Below, in pieces: positions 51,096-63,770 of a stretch of DNA of 64,000 nt (its first letter is position 1; each line of letters opens with the position of its first letter). Made by a program: the position numbers and the translations under genes. Below the pieces are notes generated by a model. It saw only the letters and a list, made by a program, of their open reading frames with translations, was not told the DNA's origin and searched no databases. The DNA is from Escherichia coli (GTDB lineage Bacteria; Pseudomonadota; Gammaproteobacteria; Enterobacterales; Enterobacteriaceae): assembly GCF_003334815.1 (NCBI RefSeq), contig NZ_QOWO01000016.1; one strand, 5' to 3'.

Positions 51096-52448
51096 ATGTT
51101 GAAATCCCCCCTGTTCTGGAAAATGACCACCTTGTTTGGTGCAGTATTGCTGTTGTTGATTCCGATAATGCTGATTCGGCAAGTGATTGTCGAACGTGCC
51201 GATTACCGTAGCGATGTGGAAGATGCGATTCGCCAAAGTACCAGCGGGCCGCAAAAACTCGTTGGGCCGCTTATCGCTATTCCTGTGACCGAGCTTTATA
51301 CGGTGCAGGAAGAGGATAAAACCGTGGAGCGGAAACGAAGTTTTATCCATTTTTGGTTACCTGAGTCATTGATGGTTGATGGCAATCAGAACGTGGAAGA
51401 ACGCAAGATAGGGATTTATACCGGTCAGGTCTGGCACAGTGATTTAACGCTAAAAGCCGATTTCGATGTTTCGCGTCTTAGCGAGCTCAACGCGCCAAAT
51501 ATCATCTTAGGCAAGCCCTTTATTGTGATTAGCGTCGGGGATGCGCGTGGTATTGGTGTGGTGAAAGCGCCTGAAGTTAACGGAACGGCGCTGACCATTG
51601 AACCCGGTACCGGGTTAGAGCAAGGCGGGCAGGGCGTGCATATCCCTTTACCCGAAGGGGACTGGCGCAAGCAGAACCTGCAGCTGAATATGGCACTGAA
51701 TTTAAGCGGTACCGGCGATCTTTCTGTGGTGCCTGCCGGGCGTAATAGCGAAATGACCTTAACCAGCAACTGGCCGCATCCCAGTTTTTTAGGTGATTTT
51801 CTACCAGCCAAACGGGAAGTTAGCGAGTCAGGTTTTCAGGCGCAATGGCAAAGCAGCTGGTTTGCTAATAATCTCGGTGAGCGTTTTGCTTCAGGCAATG
51901 ATACCGGCTGGGAAAACTTCCCCGCGTTTAGCGTCGCAGTGACGACGCCAGCAGATCAATACCAATTAACTGACCGGGCGACTAAGTATGCCATTCTGCT
52001 GATTGCGCTGACTTTTATGGCGTTCTTTGTTTTTGAAACGCTCACCGCGCAACGCTTACACCCAATGCAATATTTGCTGGTGGGGCTTTCATTGGTGATG
52101 TTTTATTTGCTCTTGCTGGCGCTTTCTGAACATACCGGTTTTACCGTGGCATGGATAATCGCCAGTCTGATTGGGGCGTTAATGAACGGTATTTATTTGC
52201 AGGCGGTATTGAAAGGCTGGCGCAACAGCATGTTGTTTACCCTCGCGCTGTTGTTGCTGGATGGTGTGATGTGGGGACTGCTCAACTCTGCCGATAGCGC
52301 GCTGTTGTTGGGAACCAGTGTGCTGGTGGTGGCGCTGGCCGGCATGATGTTTGTGACTCGTAATATCGACTGGTATGCGTTTTCACTGCCGAAAATGAAA
52401 GCCAGTAAAGAAGTTACAATGGACGATCAATTACGTATCTGGAAATAA
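51096..52448 (+). CDS. creD: inner membrane protein CreD
   Basis: 450 aa, multiple TM helices. Confidence 0.95.
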   Translation: MLKSPLFWKMTTLFGAVLLLLIPIMLIRQVIVERADYRSDVEDAIRQSTSGPQKLVGPLIAIPVTELYTVQEEDKTVERKRSFIHFWLPESLMVDGNQNVEERKIGIYTGQVWHSDLTLKADFDVSRLSELNAPNIILGKPFIVISVGDARGIGVVKAPEVNGTALTIEPGTGLEQGGQGVHIPLPEGDWRKQNLQLNMALNLSGTGDLSVVPAGRNSEMTLTSNWPHPSFLGDFLPAKREVSESGFQAQWQSSWFANNLGERFASGNDTGWENFPAFSVAVTTPADQYQLTDRATKYAILLIALTFMAFFVFETLTAQRLHPMQYLLVGLSLVMFYLLLLALSEHTGFTVAWIIASLIGALMNGIYLQAVLKGWRNSMLFTLALLLLDGVMWGLLNSADSALLLGTSVLVVALAGMMFVTRNIDWYAFSLPKMKASKEVTMDDQLRIWK

Positions 52449-52454
52449 GGTTGA

Positions 52455-52491
52455 AAAATAAAAACGGCGCTAAAAAGCGCCATTTTTTTTG
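52455..52491. terminator. bidirectional rho-independent terminator between creD and arcA
   Basis: AAAAACGGCGC-TAAAAA-GCGCCATTTTTTTT, A-run on one side and T-run on the other. Confidence 0.75.
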
Positions 52492-52507
52492 ACGGTGGTA
52501 ACGCCGA

Positions 52508-53224
52508 TTAATCTTCCAGATCACCGCAGAAGCGATAACCTTCACCGTGGATGGTGGCGATGATTTCCGGCGTATCCGGCGTAGATTCGAAATGTTTACG
52601 AATACGGCGGATCGTCACGTCTACAGTACGGTCGTGTGGTTTCAGCTCACGGCCGGTCATTTTCTTCAGCAGTTCAGCACGGGACTGAATTTTGCCTGGG
52701 TTTTCACAGAAGTGAAGCATGGCGCGGAACTCGCTGCGCGGCAGCTTGTACTGCTCGCCATCAGGGCCGATCAACGAACGGCTGTTGATGTCCAGTTCCC
52801 AACCATTGAACTTGTAGCTTTCAACGCTACGACGTTCTTCGCTGACAGTACCCAGATTCATGGTACGGGACAGCAGGTTGCGTGCACGAATCGTCAGTTC
52901 ACGCGGGTTGAACGGTTTGGTGATGTAGTCATCTGCACCGATTTCGAGGCCGAGAATTTTATCGACTTCGTTGTCACGGCCAGTCAGGAACATCAACGCA
53001 ACATTCGCCTGCTCGCGCAGTTCACGCGCTAACAGAAGACCGTTCTTACCCGGCAGATTGATATCCATGATCACCAGGTTGATGTCATATTCAGAGAGGA
53101 TCTGATGCATTTCCGCGCCATCTGTCGCTTCGAAAACATCATAGCCTTCCGCTTCGAAAATACTTTTCAACGTGTTGCGTGTTACCAACTCGTCTTCAAC
53201 GATAAGAATGTGCGGGGTCTGCAT
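52508..53224 (-). CDS. arcA: aerobic respiration control response regulator ArcA
   Basis: 238 aa [30 protein letters not shown]... Confidence 0.97.
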
Positions 53225-53319
53225 GTTTGCTACCTAAATTGCCAACTAAATCGAAACAGGAAGTACAAAAGTCCCTGACCTGCCTGATGCATGCTGCAAA
53301 TTAACATGATCGGCGTAAC

Positions 53320-53460
53320 ATGACTAAAGTACGTAATTGCGTTCTTGATGCACTTTCCATCAACGTCAACAACATCATTAGCTTGGTCGTGGGTACTTTC
53401 CCTCAGGACCCGACAGTGTCAAAAACGGCTGTCATCCTAACCATTTTAACAGCAACATAA
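53320..53460 (+). CDS. yjjY: small protein YjjY (46 aa)
   Basis: MTKVRNCVLDALSINVNNIISLVVGTFPQDPTVSKTAVILTILTAT in arcA upstream region; below ORF-track cutoff. Confidence 0.7.
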   Translation: MTKVRNCVLDALSINVNNIISLVVGTFPQDPTVSKTAVILTILTAT

Positions 53461-53859
53461 CAGGCTAAGAGGGGCCGGACACCCAATAAAACTACGCTTC
53501 GTTGACATATATCAAGTTCAATTGTAGCACGTTAACAGTTTGATGAAATCATCGTATCTAAATGCTAGCTTTCGTCACATTATTTTAATAATCCAACTAG
53601 TTGCATCATACAACTAATAAACGTGGTGAATCCAATTGTCGAGATTTATTTTTTATAAAATTATCCTAAGTAAACAGAAGGATATGTAGCATTTTTTAAC
53701 AATTCAACCGTTAGTACAGTCAGGAAATAGTTTAGCCTTTTTTAAGCTAAGTAAAGGGCTTTTTCTGCGACTTACGTTAAGGATTTGTAAATTCGCACCG
53801 CGTAATAAGTTGACAGTGATCACCCTGTTCGCGGTCATTTGGTCAAGAAGAGTGGCAAT

Positions 53860-54546
53860 ATGCGTATAACGATTATTCTGGTCGCACCCGCCAGAGCAGA
53901 AAATATTGGGGCAGCGGCGCGGGCAATGAAAACGATGGGGTTTAGCGAACTGCGGATTGTCGATAGTCAGGCACATCTGGAGCCAGCCACTCGCTGGGTC
54001 GCACATGGATCTGGTGATATTATTGATAATATTAAAGTTTTCCCGACACTGGTTGAATCGTTACACGATGTCGATTTCACTGTCGCCACCACTGCGCGCA
54101 GTCGGGCGAAATATCATTACTACGCCACGCCAGTTGAACTGGTGCCGCTGTTAGAGGAAAAATCTTCATGGATGAGCCATGCCGCGCTGGTGTTTGGTCG
54201 CGAAGATTCCGGGTTGACTAACGAAGAGTTAGCGTTGGCTGACGTTCTTACTGGTGTGCCGATGGTGGCGGATTATCCTTCGCTCAATCTGGGGCAGGCA
54301 GTGATGGTCTATTGCTATCAATTAGCAACATTAATACAACAACCGACGAAAAGTGACACAACGGCAGACCAACATCAACTGCAAGCTTTACGCGAACGAG
54401 TCATGGCATTGCTGACGACTCTGGCAGTGGCAGATGACATAAAACTGGTCGACTGGTTACAGCAACGCCTGGGGCTTTTAGAGCAACGAGACACGGCAAT
54501 GTTGCACCGTTTGCTGCATGATATTGAAAAAAATATCACCAAATAA
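53860..54546 (+). CDS. yjtD: SpoU-family tRNA/rRNA methyltransferase YjtD (LasT)
   Basis: 228 aa from MRITIILVAPARAENIGAAARAMKTMGF... Confidence 0.9.
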   Translation: MRITIILVAPARAENIGAAARAMKTMGFSELRIVDSQAHLEPATRWVAHGSGDIIDNIKVFPTLVESLHDVDFTVATTARSRAKYHYYATPVELVPLLEEKSSWMSHAALVFGREDSGLTNEELALADVLTGVPMVADYPSLNLGQAVMVYCYQLATLIQQPTKSDTTADQHQLQALRERVMALLTTLAVADDIKLVDWLQQRLGLLEQRDTAMLHRLLHDIEKNITK

Positions 54547-54756
54547 AAAACGCCTTAGTAAGTATTTTTCAGCTTTTCATTCTGACTGCAATGGGCAATA
54601 TGTCTCTGTGTGGATTAAAAAAAGAGTCTCTGACAGCAGCTTCTGAACTGGTTACCTGCCGTGAGTAAATTAAAATTTTATTGACTTAGGTCACTAAATA
54701 CTTTAACCAATATAGGCATAGCGCACAGACAGATAAAAATTACAGAGTACACAACA

Positions 54757-54825
<69 letters not shown>

Positions 54826-54847
54826 CGCGTACAGGAAACACAGAAAA

Positions 54848-54880
54848 AAGCCCGCACCTGACAGTGCGGGCTTTTTTTTT
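54848..54880 (+). terminator. thr attenuator (rho-independent terminator)
   Basis: AAGCCCGCAC-CTGACA-GTGCGGGCTTTTTTTTT. Confidence 0.9.
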
Positions 54881-54906
54881 CGACCAAAGGTAACGAGGTA
54901 ACAACC

Positions 54907-57369
54907 ATGCGAGTGTTGAAGTTCGGCGGTACATCAGTGGCAAATGCAGAACGTTTTCTGCGGGTTGCCGATATTCTGGAAAGCAATGCCAGGCAGGGGC
55001 AGGTGGCCACCGTCCTCTCTGCCCCCGCCAAAATCACCAACCACCTGGTGGCGATGATTGAAAAAACCATTAGCGGCCAGGATGCTTTACCCAATATCAG
55101 CGATGCCGAACGTATTTTTGCCGAACTTTTGACGGGACTCGCCGCCGCCCAGCCGGGATTCCCGCTGGCGCAATTGAAAACTTTCGTCGACCAGGAATTT
55201 GCCCAAATAAAACATGTCCTGCATGGCATTAGTTTGTTAGGGCAGTGCCCGGATAGCATTAACGCTGCGCTGATTTGCCGTGGCGAGAAAATGTCGATCG
55301 CCATTATGGCCGGCGTGTTAGAAGCGCGTGGTCACAACGTTACCGTTATCGATCCGGTCGAAAAACTACTGGCAGTGGGGCATTACCTCGAATCTACCGT
55401 CGATATTGCTGAGTCCACCCGCCGTATTGCGGCAAGTCGTATTCCGGCTGATCACATGGTGCTGATGGCAGGCTTCACCGCCGGTAATGAAAAAGGCGAA
55501 CTGGTGGTACTTGGACGCAACGGTTCCGACTACTCCGCGGCGGTGCTGGCTGCCTGTTTACGCGCCGATTGTTGCGAGATTTGGACGGACGTTGACGGGG
55601 TCTATACCTGCGACCCGCGTCAGGTGCCCGATGCGAGGTTGTTGAAGTCGATGTCCTACCAGGAAGCGATGGAGCTTTCCTACTTCGGCGCTAAAGTTCT
55701 TCACCCCCGCACCATTACCCCCATCGCCCAGTTCCAGATCCCTTGCCTGATTAAAAATACCGGAAATCCTCAAGCACCAGGTACGCTCATTGGTGCCAGT
55801 CGTGATGAAGACGAATTACCGGTCAAGGGCATTTCCAATCTGAATAACATGGCAATGTTCAGCGTTTCCGGCCCGGGGATGAAAGGAATGGTCGGCATGG
55901 CGGCGCGCGTCTTTGCCGCGATGTCACGCGCCCGTATTTCCGTGGTGCTGATTACGCAATCATCTTCCGAATACAGTATCAGTTTCTGCGTTCCGCAAAG
56001 CGACTGTGTGCGGGCTGAACGGGCAATGCAGGAAGAGTTCTACCTGGAACTGAAAGAAGGCTTACTGGAGCCGCTGGCGGTGACGGAACGGCTGGCCATT
56101 ATCTCGGTGGTAGGTGATGGTATGCGTACCTTGCGTGGGATCTCGGCGAAATTCTTTGCCGCGCTGGCCCGCGCCAATATCAACATTGTCGCTATTGCTC
56201 AGGGATCTTCTGAACGCTCAATCTCTGTCGTGGTAAATAACGATGATGCGACCACTGGCGTGCGCGTTACTCATCAGATGCTGTTCAATACCGATCAGGT
56301 TATCGAAGTGTTTGTGATTGGCGTCGGTGGCGTTGGCGGTGCGCTGCTGGAGCAACTGAAGCGTCAACAAAGCTGGCTGAAGAATAAACATATCGACTTA
56401 CGTGTCTGCGGTGTTGCCAACTCGAAGGCACTGCTCACCAATGTGCATGGCCTAAATCTGGAAAACTGGCAGGAAGAACTGGCGCAAGCCAAAGAGCCGT
56501 TTAATCTCGGGCGCTTAATTCGCCTCGTGAAAGAATATCATCTGCTGAACCCGGTCATTGTTGACTGCACCTCCAGCCAGGCAGTGGCGGATCAATATGC
56601 CGACTTCCTGCGCGAAGGTTTCCACGTTGTCACGCCGAACAAAAAGGCCAACACCTCGTCGATGGATTACTACCATCTGTTGCGTCATGCGGCGGAAAAA
56701 TCGCGGCGGAAATTCCTCTATGACACCAACGTTGGGGCTGGATTACCGGTTATTGAAAACCTGCAAAATCTGCTCAATGCTGGTGATGAATTGATGAAGT
56801 TCTCCGGCATTCTTTCAGGATCGCTTTCTTATATCTTCGGCAAGTTAGACGAAGGCATGAGTTTCTCCGAGGCGACCACGCTGGCACGGGAAATGGGTTA
56901 TACCGAACCGGATCCGCGAGATGATCTTTCTGGTATGGATGTGGCGCGTAAACTATTGATTCTCTCCCGTGAAACGGGACGTGAACTGGAGCTGGCGGAT
57001 ATTGAAATTGAACCTGTGCTGCCCGCAGAGTTTAACGCCGAGGGTGATGTTGCCGCTTTTATGGCGAATCTGTCACAGCTCGACGATCGCTTTGCCGCGC
57101 GCGTGGCGAAGGCCCGTGATGAAGGAAAAGTTTTGCGCTATGTTGGCAATATTGATGAAGATGGCGTCTGTCGCGTGAAGATTGCCGAAGTGGATGGTAA
57201 TGATCCGCTGTTCAAAGTGAAAAATGGCGAAAACGCCCTGGCCTTCTATAGCCACTATTATCAGCCGCTGCCGTTGGTGCTGCGCGGATATGGTGCGGGC
57301 AATGACGTTACCGCTGCTGGTGTCTTTGCCGATCTGCTGCGTACCCTCTCATGGAAGTTAGGAGTCTGA
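54907..57369 (+). CDS. thrA: bifunctional aspartokinase I / homoserine dehydrogenase I
   Basis: 820 aa [53 protein letters not shown]... Confidence 0.97.
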   Translation: MRVLKFGGTSVANAERFLRVADILESNARQGQVATVLSAPAKITNHLVAMIEKTISGQDALPNISDAERIFAELLTGLAAAQPGFPLAQLKTFVDQEFAQIKHVLHGISLLGQCPDSINAALICRGEKMSIAIMAGVLEARGHNVTVIDPVEKLLAVGHYLESTVDIAESTRRIAASRIPADHMVLMAGFTAGNEKGELVVLGRNGSDYSAAVLAACLRADCCEIWTDVDGVYTCDPRQVPDARLLKSMSYQEAMELSYFGAKVLHPRTITPIAQFQIPCLIKNTGNPQAPGTLIGASRDEDELPVKGISNLNNMAMFSVSGPGMKGMVGMAARVFAAMSRARISVVLITQSSSEYSISFCVPQSDCVRAERAMQEEFYLELKEGLLEPLAVTERLAIISVVGDGMRTLRGISAKFFAALARANINIVAIAQGSSERSISVVVNNDDATTGVRVTHQMLFNTDQVIEVFVIGVGGVGGALLEQLKRQQSWLKNKHIDLRVCGVANSKALLTNVHGLNLENWQEELAQAKEPFNLGRLIRLVKEYHLLNPVIVDCTSSQAVADQYADFLREGFHVVTPNKKANTSSMDYYHLLRHAAEKSRRKFLYDTNVGAGLPVIENLQNLLNAGDELMKFSGILSGSLSYIFGKLDEGMSFSEATTLAREMGYTEPDPRDDLSGMDVARKLLILSRETGRELELADIEIEPVLPAEFNAEGDVAAFMANLSQLDDRFAARVAKARDEGKVLRYVGNIDEDGVCRVKIAEVDGNDPLFKVKNGENALAFYSHYYQPLPLVLRGYGAGNDVTAAGVFADLLRTLSWKLGV

Positions 57370-57370
57370 C

Positions 57371-58303
57371 ATGGTTAAAGTTTATGCCCCGGCTTCCAGT
57401 GCCAATATGAGCGTCGGGTTTGATGTGCTCGGGGCGGCGGTGACACCCGTTGATGGTGCATTGCTCGGAGATGTAGTTACGGTTGAGGCGGCAGAGATAT
57501 TCAGTCTCAACAACCTCGGGCGCTTTGCCGATAAGCTGCCGTCAGAACCACGGGAAAATATCGTTTATCAGTGCTGGGAGCGTTTTTGCCAGGAGCTTGG
57601 CAAGCAAATTCCAGTGGCGATGACTCTGGAAAAGAATATGCCGATCGGTTCGGGCTTAGGCTCCAGCGCCTGTTCGGTGGTCGCGGCGCTGATGGCGATG
57701 AATGAACACTGCGGCAAGCCGCTTAATGACACTCGTTTGCTGGCTTTGATGGGCGAGCTGGAAGGACGTATCTCCGGCAGCATTCATTACGACAACGTGG
57801 CACCGTGTTTTCTAGGTGGTATGCAGTTGATGATCGAAGAAAACGACATCATCAGCCAGCAAGTGCCTGGGTTTGATGAGTGGCTGTGGGTGCTGGCGTA
57901 TCCGGGGATTAAAGTCTCGACGGCAGAAGCCCGGGCTATTTTACCGGCGCAGTATCGCCGCCAGGATTGCATTGCGCACGGGCGACATCTGGCAGGCTTC
58001 ATTCACGCCTGCTATTCCCGTCAGCCTGAGCTTGCCGCGAAGCTGATGAAAGATGTTATCGCTGAACCCTACCGTGAACGATTACTGCCAGGCTTCCGGC
58101 AGGCGCGGCAGGCGGTCGCGGAAATCGGCGCGGTAGCGAGCGGTATCTCCGGCTCCGGCCCGACCTTGTTCGCTCTGTGTGACAAGCCGGATACCGCCCA
58201 GCGCGTTGCCGACTGGTTGGGTAAGAACTACCTGCAAAATCAGGAAGGTTTTGTTCATATTTGCCGGCTGGATACGGCGGGCGCACGAGTACTGGAAAAC
58301 TAA
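57371..58303 (+). CDS. thrB: homoserine kinase
   Basis: 310 aa [24 protein letters not shown]... Confidence 0.97.
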   Translation: MVKVYAPASSANMSVGFDVLGAAVTPVDGALLGDVVTVEAAEIFSLNNLGRFADKLPSEPRENIVYQCWERFCQELGKQIPVAMTLEKNMPIGSGLGSSACSVVAALMAMNEHCGKPLNDTRLLALMGELEGRISGSIHYDNVAPCFLGGMQLMIEENDIISQQVPGFDEWLWVLAYPGIKVSTAEARAILPAQYRRQDCIAHGRHLAGFIHACYSRQPELAAKLMKDVIAEPYRERLLPGFRQARQAVAEIGAVASGISGSGPTLFALCDKPDTAQRVADWLGKNYLQNQEGFVHICRLDTAGARVLEN

Positions 58304-59590
58304 ATGAAACTCTACAATCTGAAAGATCACAACGAGCAGGTCAGCTTTGCGCAAGCCGTAACCCAGGGGTTGGGCAAAAATCAGGGGCTGTTTTTTCCGC
58401 ATGACCTGCCGGAATTCAGCCTGACTGAAATTGATGAGATGCTGAAGCTGGATTTTGTCACCCGCAGTGCGAAGATCCTCTCGGCGTTTATTGGTGATGA
58501 AATCCCGCAGGAAATCCTGGAAGAGCGCGTGCGCGCGGCGTTTGCCTTCCCGGCTCCGGTCGCCAATGTTGAAAGCGATGTCGGTTGTCTGGAATTGTTC
58601 CACGGGCCAACGCTGGCATTTAAAGATTTCGGCGGTCGCTTTATGGCACAAATGCTGACCCATATTGCGGGTGATAAGCCAGTGACCATTCTGACCGCGA
58701 CCTCCGGTGATACCGGAGCGGCAGTGGCTCATGCTTTCTACGGTTTGCCGAATGTGAAAGTGGTTATCCTCTATCCACGAGGCAAAATCAGTCCACTGCA
58801 AGAAAAACTGTTCTGTACATTGGGCGGCAATATCGAAACTGTTGCCATCGACGGCGATTTCGATGCCTGTCAGGCGCTGGTGAAGCAGGCGTTTGATGAT
58901 GAAGAACTGAAAGTGGCGCTGGGGTTAAACTCAGCTAACTCGATTAACATCAGCCGTTTGCTGGCGCAGATTTGCTACTACTTTGAAGCTGTTGCGCAGC
59001 TGCCGCAGGAGGCGCGCAACCAGCTGGTTGTTTCGGTACCAAGCGGAAACTTCGGCGATTTGACGGCGGGTCTGCTGGCGAAGTCACTCGGTCTGCCGGT
59101 GAAACGTTTTATTGCTGCGACCAACGTGAACGATACCGTGCCACGTTTCCTGCACGACGGTCAGTGGTCCCCCAAAGCGACTCAGGCGACGTTATCCAAC
59201 GCGATGGACGTGAGTCAGCCGAACAACTGGCCGCGTGTGGAAGAGTTGTTCCGCCGCAAAATCTGGCAACTGAAAGAGCTGGGTTATGCAGCCGTGGATG
59301 ATGAAACCACGCAACAGACAATGCGTGAGTTAAAAGAACTGGGCTACACCTCGGAGCCGCACGCTGCCGTAGCGTATCGTGCGCTGCGTGACCAGTTGAA
59401 TCCAGGCGAATATGGCTTGTTCCTCGGCACCGCGCATCCGGCGAAATTTAAAGAGAGCGTGGAAGCGATTCTCGGTGAAACGTTGGATCTGCCAAAAGAG
59501 CTGGCAGAACGTGCTGATTTACCCTTGCTTTCACATAATCTGCCCGCCGATTTTGCTGCGTTGCGTAAATTGATGATGAATCATCAGTAA
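58304..59590 (+). CDS. thrC: threonine synthase
   Basis: 428 aa MKLYNLKDHNEQVSFAQAVTQGLGKNQGLFFP... Confidence 0.97.
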   Translation: MKLYNLKDHNEQVSFAQAVTQGLGKNQGLFFPHDLPEFSLTEIDEMLKLDFVTRSAKILSAFIGDEIPQEILEERVRAAFAFPAPVANVESDVGCLELFHGPTLAFKDFGGRFMAQMLTHIAGDKPVTILTATSGDTGAAVAHAFYGLPNVKVVILYPRGKISPLQEKLFCTLGGNIETVAIDGDFDACQALVKQAFDDEELKVALGLNSANSINISRLLAQICYYFEAVAQLPQEARNQLVVSVPSGNFGDLTAGLLAKSLGLPVKRFIAATNVNDTVPRFLHDGQWSPKATQATLSNAMDVSQPNNWPRVEELFRRKIWQLKELGYAAVDDETTQQTMRELKELGYTSEPHAAVAYRALRDQLNPGEYGLFLGTAHPAKFKESVEAILGETLDLPKELAERADLPLLSHNLPADFAALRKLMMNHQ

Positions 59591-59612
59591 CATCTATTCA
59601 TTATCTCAATCA

Positions 59613-59647
59613 GGCCGGGTTTGCTTTTATGCAGCCCGGCTTTTTTG
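59613..59647 (+). terminator. rho-independent terminator after thrC
   Basis: GCCGGG-loop-CCCGGC followed by TTTTTT. Confidence 0.8.
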
Positions 59648-59803
59648 TGAAGAAAATATGGAGAGAAACGACAGGGAAAAAGGAGAAATTCTCAATAAAT
59701 GCGGTAACTTAGAGATTAGGATTGCGGAGAATAACAACCGCCGTTCTCATCGCGTAATCTCCGGATATCGACCCATAACGGGCAATGATAAAAGGAGTAA
59801 CCT

Positions 59804-60100
59804 GTGAAAAAGATGCAATCTATCGTACTCGCACTTTCCCTGGTTCTGGTCGCTCCCATGGCAGCGCAGGCTGCGGAAATTACGTTAGTCCCGTCAGTAA
59901 AATTACAGATAGGCGATCGTGATAATCGCGGTTATTACTGGGATGGCGGTCACTGGCGCGACCACGGCTGGTGGAAACAACATTATGAATGGCGAGGCAA
60001 TCGCTGGCACCCACACGGACCGCCGCCACCGCCGCGTCACCATAAGAAAGCTCATCATGATCATCACGGCGGTCATGGTCCAGGCAAACATCACCGCTAA
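59804..60100 (+). CDS. yaaX: small secreted protein YaaX
   Basis: 98 aa, signal peptide, His/Trp/Pro-rich C-terminus. Confidence 0.9.
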   Translation: MKKMQSIVLALSLVLVAPMAAQAAEITLVPSVKLQIGDRDNRGYYWDGGHWRDHGWWKQHYEWRGNRWHPHGPPPPPRHHKKAHHDHHGGHGPGKHHR

Positions 60101-60109
60101 ATGACAAAT

Positions 60110-60250
60110 GCCGGGTAACAATCCGGCATTCAGCGCCTGATGCGACGCTGGCGCGTCTTATCAGGCCTACGTGAATTCTGCAATATATTGAATCTGCATG
60201 CTTTTGTAGGCCGGATAAGGCGTTCACGCCGCATCCGGCATTGACTGCAA
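60110..60250. repeat. REP elements between yaaX and yaaA
   Basis: GCCTGATGCGACGCTGGCGCGTCTTATCAGGCCTAC and GCCGGATAAGGCGTTCACGCCGCATCCGGC units. Confidence 0.85.
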
Positions 60251-60252
60251 AC

Positions 60253-61029
60253 TTAACGCTGCTCGTAGCGTTTAAACACCAGTTCGCCATTGCTGGAGGA
60301 AGCTTCATCAAAGAAGTAACCTTCGCTATTAAAACCAGTCAGTTGCTCTGGTTTGGTCAGCCGATTTTCAATAATAAAACGACTCATCAGACCGCGTGCT
60401 TTCTTAGCGTAGAAGCTGATTATCTTAAATTTGCCGTTCTTCTCATCGAGGAACACCGGCTTGATAATCTCGGCATTCAATTTCTTCGGCTTCACCGATT
60501 TAAAATACTCATCTGACGCCAGATTAATCACCACATTATCGCCTTGTGCTGCGAGCGCCTCGTTCAGCTTGTTGGTGATGATATCTCCCCAGAATTGATA
60601 CAGATCTTTCCCTCGGGCATTCTCAAGACGGATCCCCATTTCCAGACGATAAGGCTGCATTAAATCGAGCGGGCGCAGTACGCCATACAAGCCGGAAAGC
60701 ATTCGCAAATGCTGTTGGGCAAAATCGAAATCGTCTTCGCTGAAGGTTTCGGCCTGCAAGCCGGTGTAGACATCACCTTTAAACGCCAGAATCGCCTGGC
60801 GGGCATTCTCCGGCGTGAAATCTGGCTGCCAGTCATGAAAGCGAGCGGCGTTGATACCCGCCAGTTTGTCGCTGATGCGCATCAGCGTGCTAATCTGCGG
60901 AGGCGTCAGTTTCCGCGCTTCATGGATCAACTGCTGGGAATTGTCTAACAGCTCCGGCAGCGTATAGCGCGTGGTGGTCAACGGGCTTTGGTAATCAAGC
61001 GTTTTCGCAGGTGAAATAAGAATCAGCAT
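60253..61029 (-). CDS. yaaA: peroxide stress protein YaaA
   Basis: 258 aa [28 protein letters not shown]... Confidence 0.95.
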   Translation of the reverse strand: MLILISPAKTLDYQSPLTTTRYTLPELLDNSQQLIHEARKLTPPQISTLMRISDKLAGINAARFHDWQPDFTPENARQAILAFKGDVYTGLQAETFSEDDFDFAQQHLRMLSGLYGVLRPLDLMQPYRLEMGIRLENARGKDLYQFWGDIITNKLNEALAAQGDNVVINLASDEYFKSVKPKKLNAEIIKPVFLDEKNGKFKIISFYAKKARGLMSRFIIENRLTKPEQLTGFNSEGYFFDEASSSNGELVFKRYEQR

Positions 61030-61098
61030 ATCCAGTCCTTGCAGGAAATTTATGCCGACTTTAGCAAAAAAAGAGAATGAGTTGATCGATAGTTGTGA

Positions 61099-62529
61099 TT
61101 ACTCCTGCGAAACATCATCCCACGCGTCCGGAGAAAGCTGGCGGCCGATATCCGGATAACGCAACGGATCAAACACCGGGCGCACGCCGAGTTTACGCTG
61201 GCGTAGATAATCACTGGCAATGGTATGAACCACAGGCGAGAGCAGTAAAATGGCGGTCAAATTGGTAATAGCCATGCAGGCCATTATGATATCTGCCAGT
61301 TGCCACATCAGCGGAAGACTTAGCAAGGTGCCGCCGATGACCGTTGCGAAGGTGCAGATCCGCAAACACCAGATCGCTTTAGGGTTGTTCAGGCGTAAAA
61401 AGAAGAGATTGTTTTCGGCGTAAATGTAGTTGGCAACGATGGAGCTGAAGGCAAACAGAATAACCACGAGGGTAACAAACTCAGCACCCCAGGAACCCAT
61501 TAGCACCCGCATCGCCTTCTGGATAAGCTGAATACCTTCCAGCGGCATGTAGGTTGTGCCGTTACCCGCCAGTAATATCAGCATGGCGCTTGCCGTACAG
61601 ATGACCAGGGTGTCGATAAAAATGCCAATCATCTGGACAATCCCTTGCGCTGCCGGATGCGGAGGCCAGGACGCCGCTGCCGCTGCCGCGTTTGGCGTCG
61701 ACCCCATTCCCGCCTCATTGGAAAACATACTGCGCTGAAAACCGTTAGTAATCGCCTGGCTTAAGGTATATCCCGCCGCGCCGCCTGCCGCTTCCTGCCA
61801 GCCAAAAGCACTCTCAAAAATAGACCAAATGACGTGGGGAAGTTGCCCGATATTCATTACGCAAATCACCAGGCTGGTCAGTACCCAGATTATCGCCATC
61901 AACGGGACAAACCCCTGCATGAGCCGGGCGACGCCATGAAGACCGCGAGTGATCACCAGCAGAGCAAAGACAGCGAGAATAATACCTGTCACCAGCGGGG
62001 GAAAATCAAAAGAAAAACTCAGGGCTCGCGCAACGGCGTTCGCCTGAATTCCGCTGAAAATTATGCCGTAGGCGATGAGCAAAAAGACGGCGAACAGAAC
62101 GCCCATCCAGCGCATCCCCAGCCCGCGCGCCATATACCATGCCGGTCCGCCACGAAACTGCCCATTGGCATCACGTTCTTTATAAAGCTGTGCGAGGGAA
62201 CATTCGGCAAACGAGGTCGCCATGCCGATAAACGCGGCAACCCACATCCAGAAGACGGCTCCAGGTCCACCGGCGGTAATTGCCAGCGCAACGCCGGCCA
62301 GGTTGCCGCTACCCACGCGCGCCGCAAGACTGGTACACAATGACTGAAATGAGGTTAAACCGCCTGGCTGTGGATGAATGCTATTTTTAAGACTTTTGCC
62401 AAACTGGCGGATGTAGCGAAACTGCACAAATCCGGTGCGAAAAGTGAACCAACAACCTGCGCCGAAGAGCAGGTAAATCATTACCGATCCCCAAAGGACG
62501 CTGTTAATAAAGGAGAAAAAATCTGGCAT
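61099..62529 (-). CDS. yaaJ: alanine/sodium symporter-family transporter YaaJ
   Basis: 476 aa, multi-pass membrane protein. Confidence 0.95.
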   Translation of the reverse strand: MPDFFSFINSVLWGSVMIYLLFGAGCWFTFRTGFVQFRYIRQFGKSLKNSIHPQPGGLTSFQSLCTSLAARVGSGNLAGVALAITAGGPGAVFWMWVAAFIGMATSFAECSLAQLYKERDANGQFRGGPAWYMARGLGMRWMGVLFAVFLLIAYGIIFSGIQANAVARALSFSFDFPPLVTGIILAVFALLVITRGLHGVARLMQGFVPLMAIIWVLTSLVICVMNIGQLPHVIWSIFESAFGWQEAAGGAAGYTLSQAITNGFQRSMFSNEAGMGSTPNAAAAAASWPPHPAAQGIVQMIGIFIDTLVICTASAMLILLAGNGTTYMPLEGIQLIQKAMRVLMGSWGAEFVTLVVILFAFSSIVANYIYAENNLFFLRLNNPKAIWCLRICTFATVIGGTLLSLPLMWQLADIIMACMAITNLTAILLLSPVVHTIASDYLRQRKLGVRPVFDPLRYPDIGRQLSPDAWDDVSQE

Positions 62530-62807
62530 GCATATCCCTCTTATTGCCGGTCGCGATGACTTTCCTGTGTAAACGTTACCAATTGTTTAAGAAGTATATA
62601 CGCTACGAGGTACTTGATAACTTCTGCGTAGCATACATGAGGTTTTGTATAAAAATGGCGGGCGATATCAACGCAGTGTCAGAAATCCGAAACAGTCTCG
62701 CCTGGCGATAACCGTCTTGTCGGCGGTTGCGCTGACGTTGCGTCGTGATATCATCAGGGCAGACCGGTTACATCCCCCTAACAAGCTGTTTAAAGAGAAA
62801 TACTATC

Positions 62808-63761
62808 ATGACGGACAAATTGACCTCCCTTCGTCAGTACACCACCGTAGTGGCCGACACTGGGGACATCGCGGCAATGAAGCTGTATCAACCGCAGGAT
62901 GCCACAACCAACCCTTCTCTCATTCTTAACGCAGCGCAGATTCCGGAATACCGTAAGTTGATTGATGATGCTGTCGCCTGGGCGAAACAGCAGAGCAACG
63001 ATCGCGCGCAGCAGATCGTGGACGCGACCGACAAACTGGCAGTAAATATTGGTCTGGAAATCCTGAAACTGGTTCCGGGCCGTATCTCAACTGAAGTTGA
63101 TGCGCGTCTTTCCTATGACACCGAAGCGTCAATTGCGAAAGCAAAACGCCTGATCAAACTCTACAACGATGCTGGTATTAGCAACGATCGTATTCTGATC
63201 AAACTGGCTTCTACCTGGCAGGGTATCCGTGCTGCAGAACAGCTGGAAAAAGAAGGCATCAACTGTAACCTGACCCTGCTGTTCTCCTTCGCTCAGGCTC
63301 GTGCTTGTGCGGAAGCGGGCGTGTTCCTGATCTCGCCGTTTGTTGGCCGTATTCTTGACTGGTACAAAGCGAATACCGATAAGAAAGAGTACGCTCCGGC
63401 AGAAGATCCGGGCGTGGTTTCTGTATCTGAAATCTACCAGTACTACAAAGAGCACGGTTATGAAACCGTGGTTATGGGCGCAAGCTTCCGTAACATCGGC
63501 GAAATTCTGGAACTGGCAGGCTGCGACCGTCTTACCATCGCACCTACACTGCTGAAAGAGCTGGCTGAGAGCGAAGGGGCTATCGAACGTAAACTGTCTT
63601 ACACCGGCGAAGTGAAAGCGCGTCCGGCGCGTATCACTGAGTCCGAGTTCCTGTGGCAGCACAACCAGGATCCAATGGCAGTAGATAAACTGGCGGAAGG
63701 TATCCGTAAGTTTGCTATTGACCAGGAAAAACTGGAAAAAATGATCGGCGATCTGCTGTAA
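62808..63761 (+). CDS. talB: transaldolase B
   Basis: 317 aa from ATG 62808 ([21 protein letters not shown]...); ORF track start 62745 is upstream in-frame. Confidence 0.97.
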   Translation: MTDKLTSLRQYTTVVADTGDIAAMKLYQPQDATTNPSLILNAAQIPEYRKLIDDAVAWAKQQSNDRAQQIVDATDKLAVNIGLEILKLVPGRISTEVDARLSYDTEASIAKAKRLIKLYNDAGISNDRILIKLASTWQGIRAAEQLEKEGINCNLTLLFSFAQARACAEAGVFLISPFVGRILDWYKANTDKKEYAPAEDPGVVSVSEIYQYYKEHGYETVVMGASFRNIGEILELAGCDRLTIAPTLLKELAESEGAIERKLSYTGEVKARPARITESEFLWQHNQDPMAVDKLAEGIRKFAIDQEKLEKMIGDLL

Positions 63762-63770
63762 TCATTCTTA

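Noticed and set aside
58082-58801. 239-aa minus-strand ORF
   Set aside because: Antisense across the thrB/thrC junction.
59950-60100. His/Pro/Trp-rich low-complexity stretch
   Set aside because: It is the C-terminal part of the yaaX coding sequence, not a repeat element.
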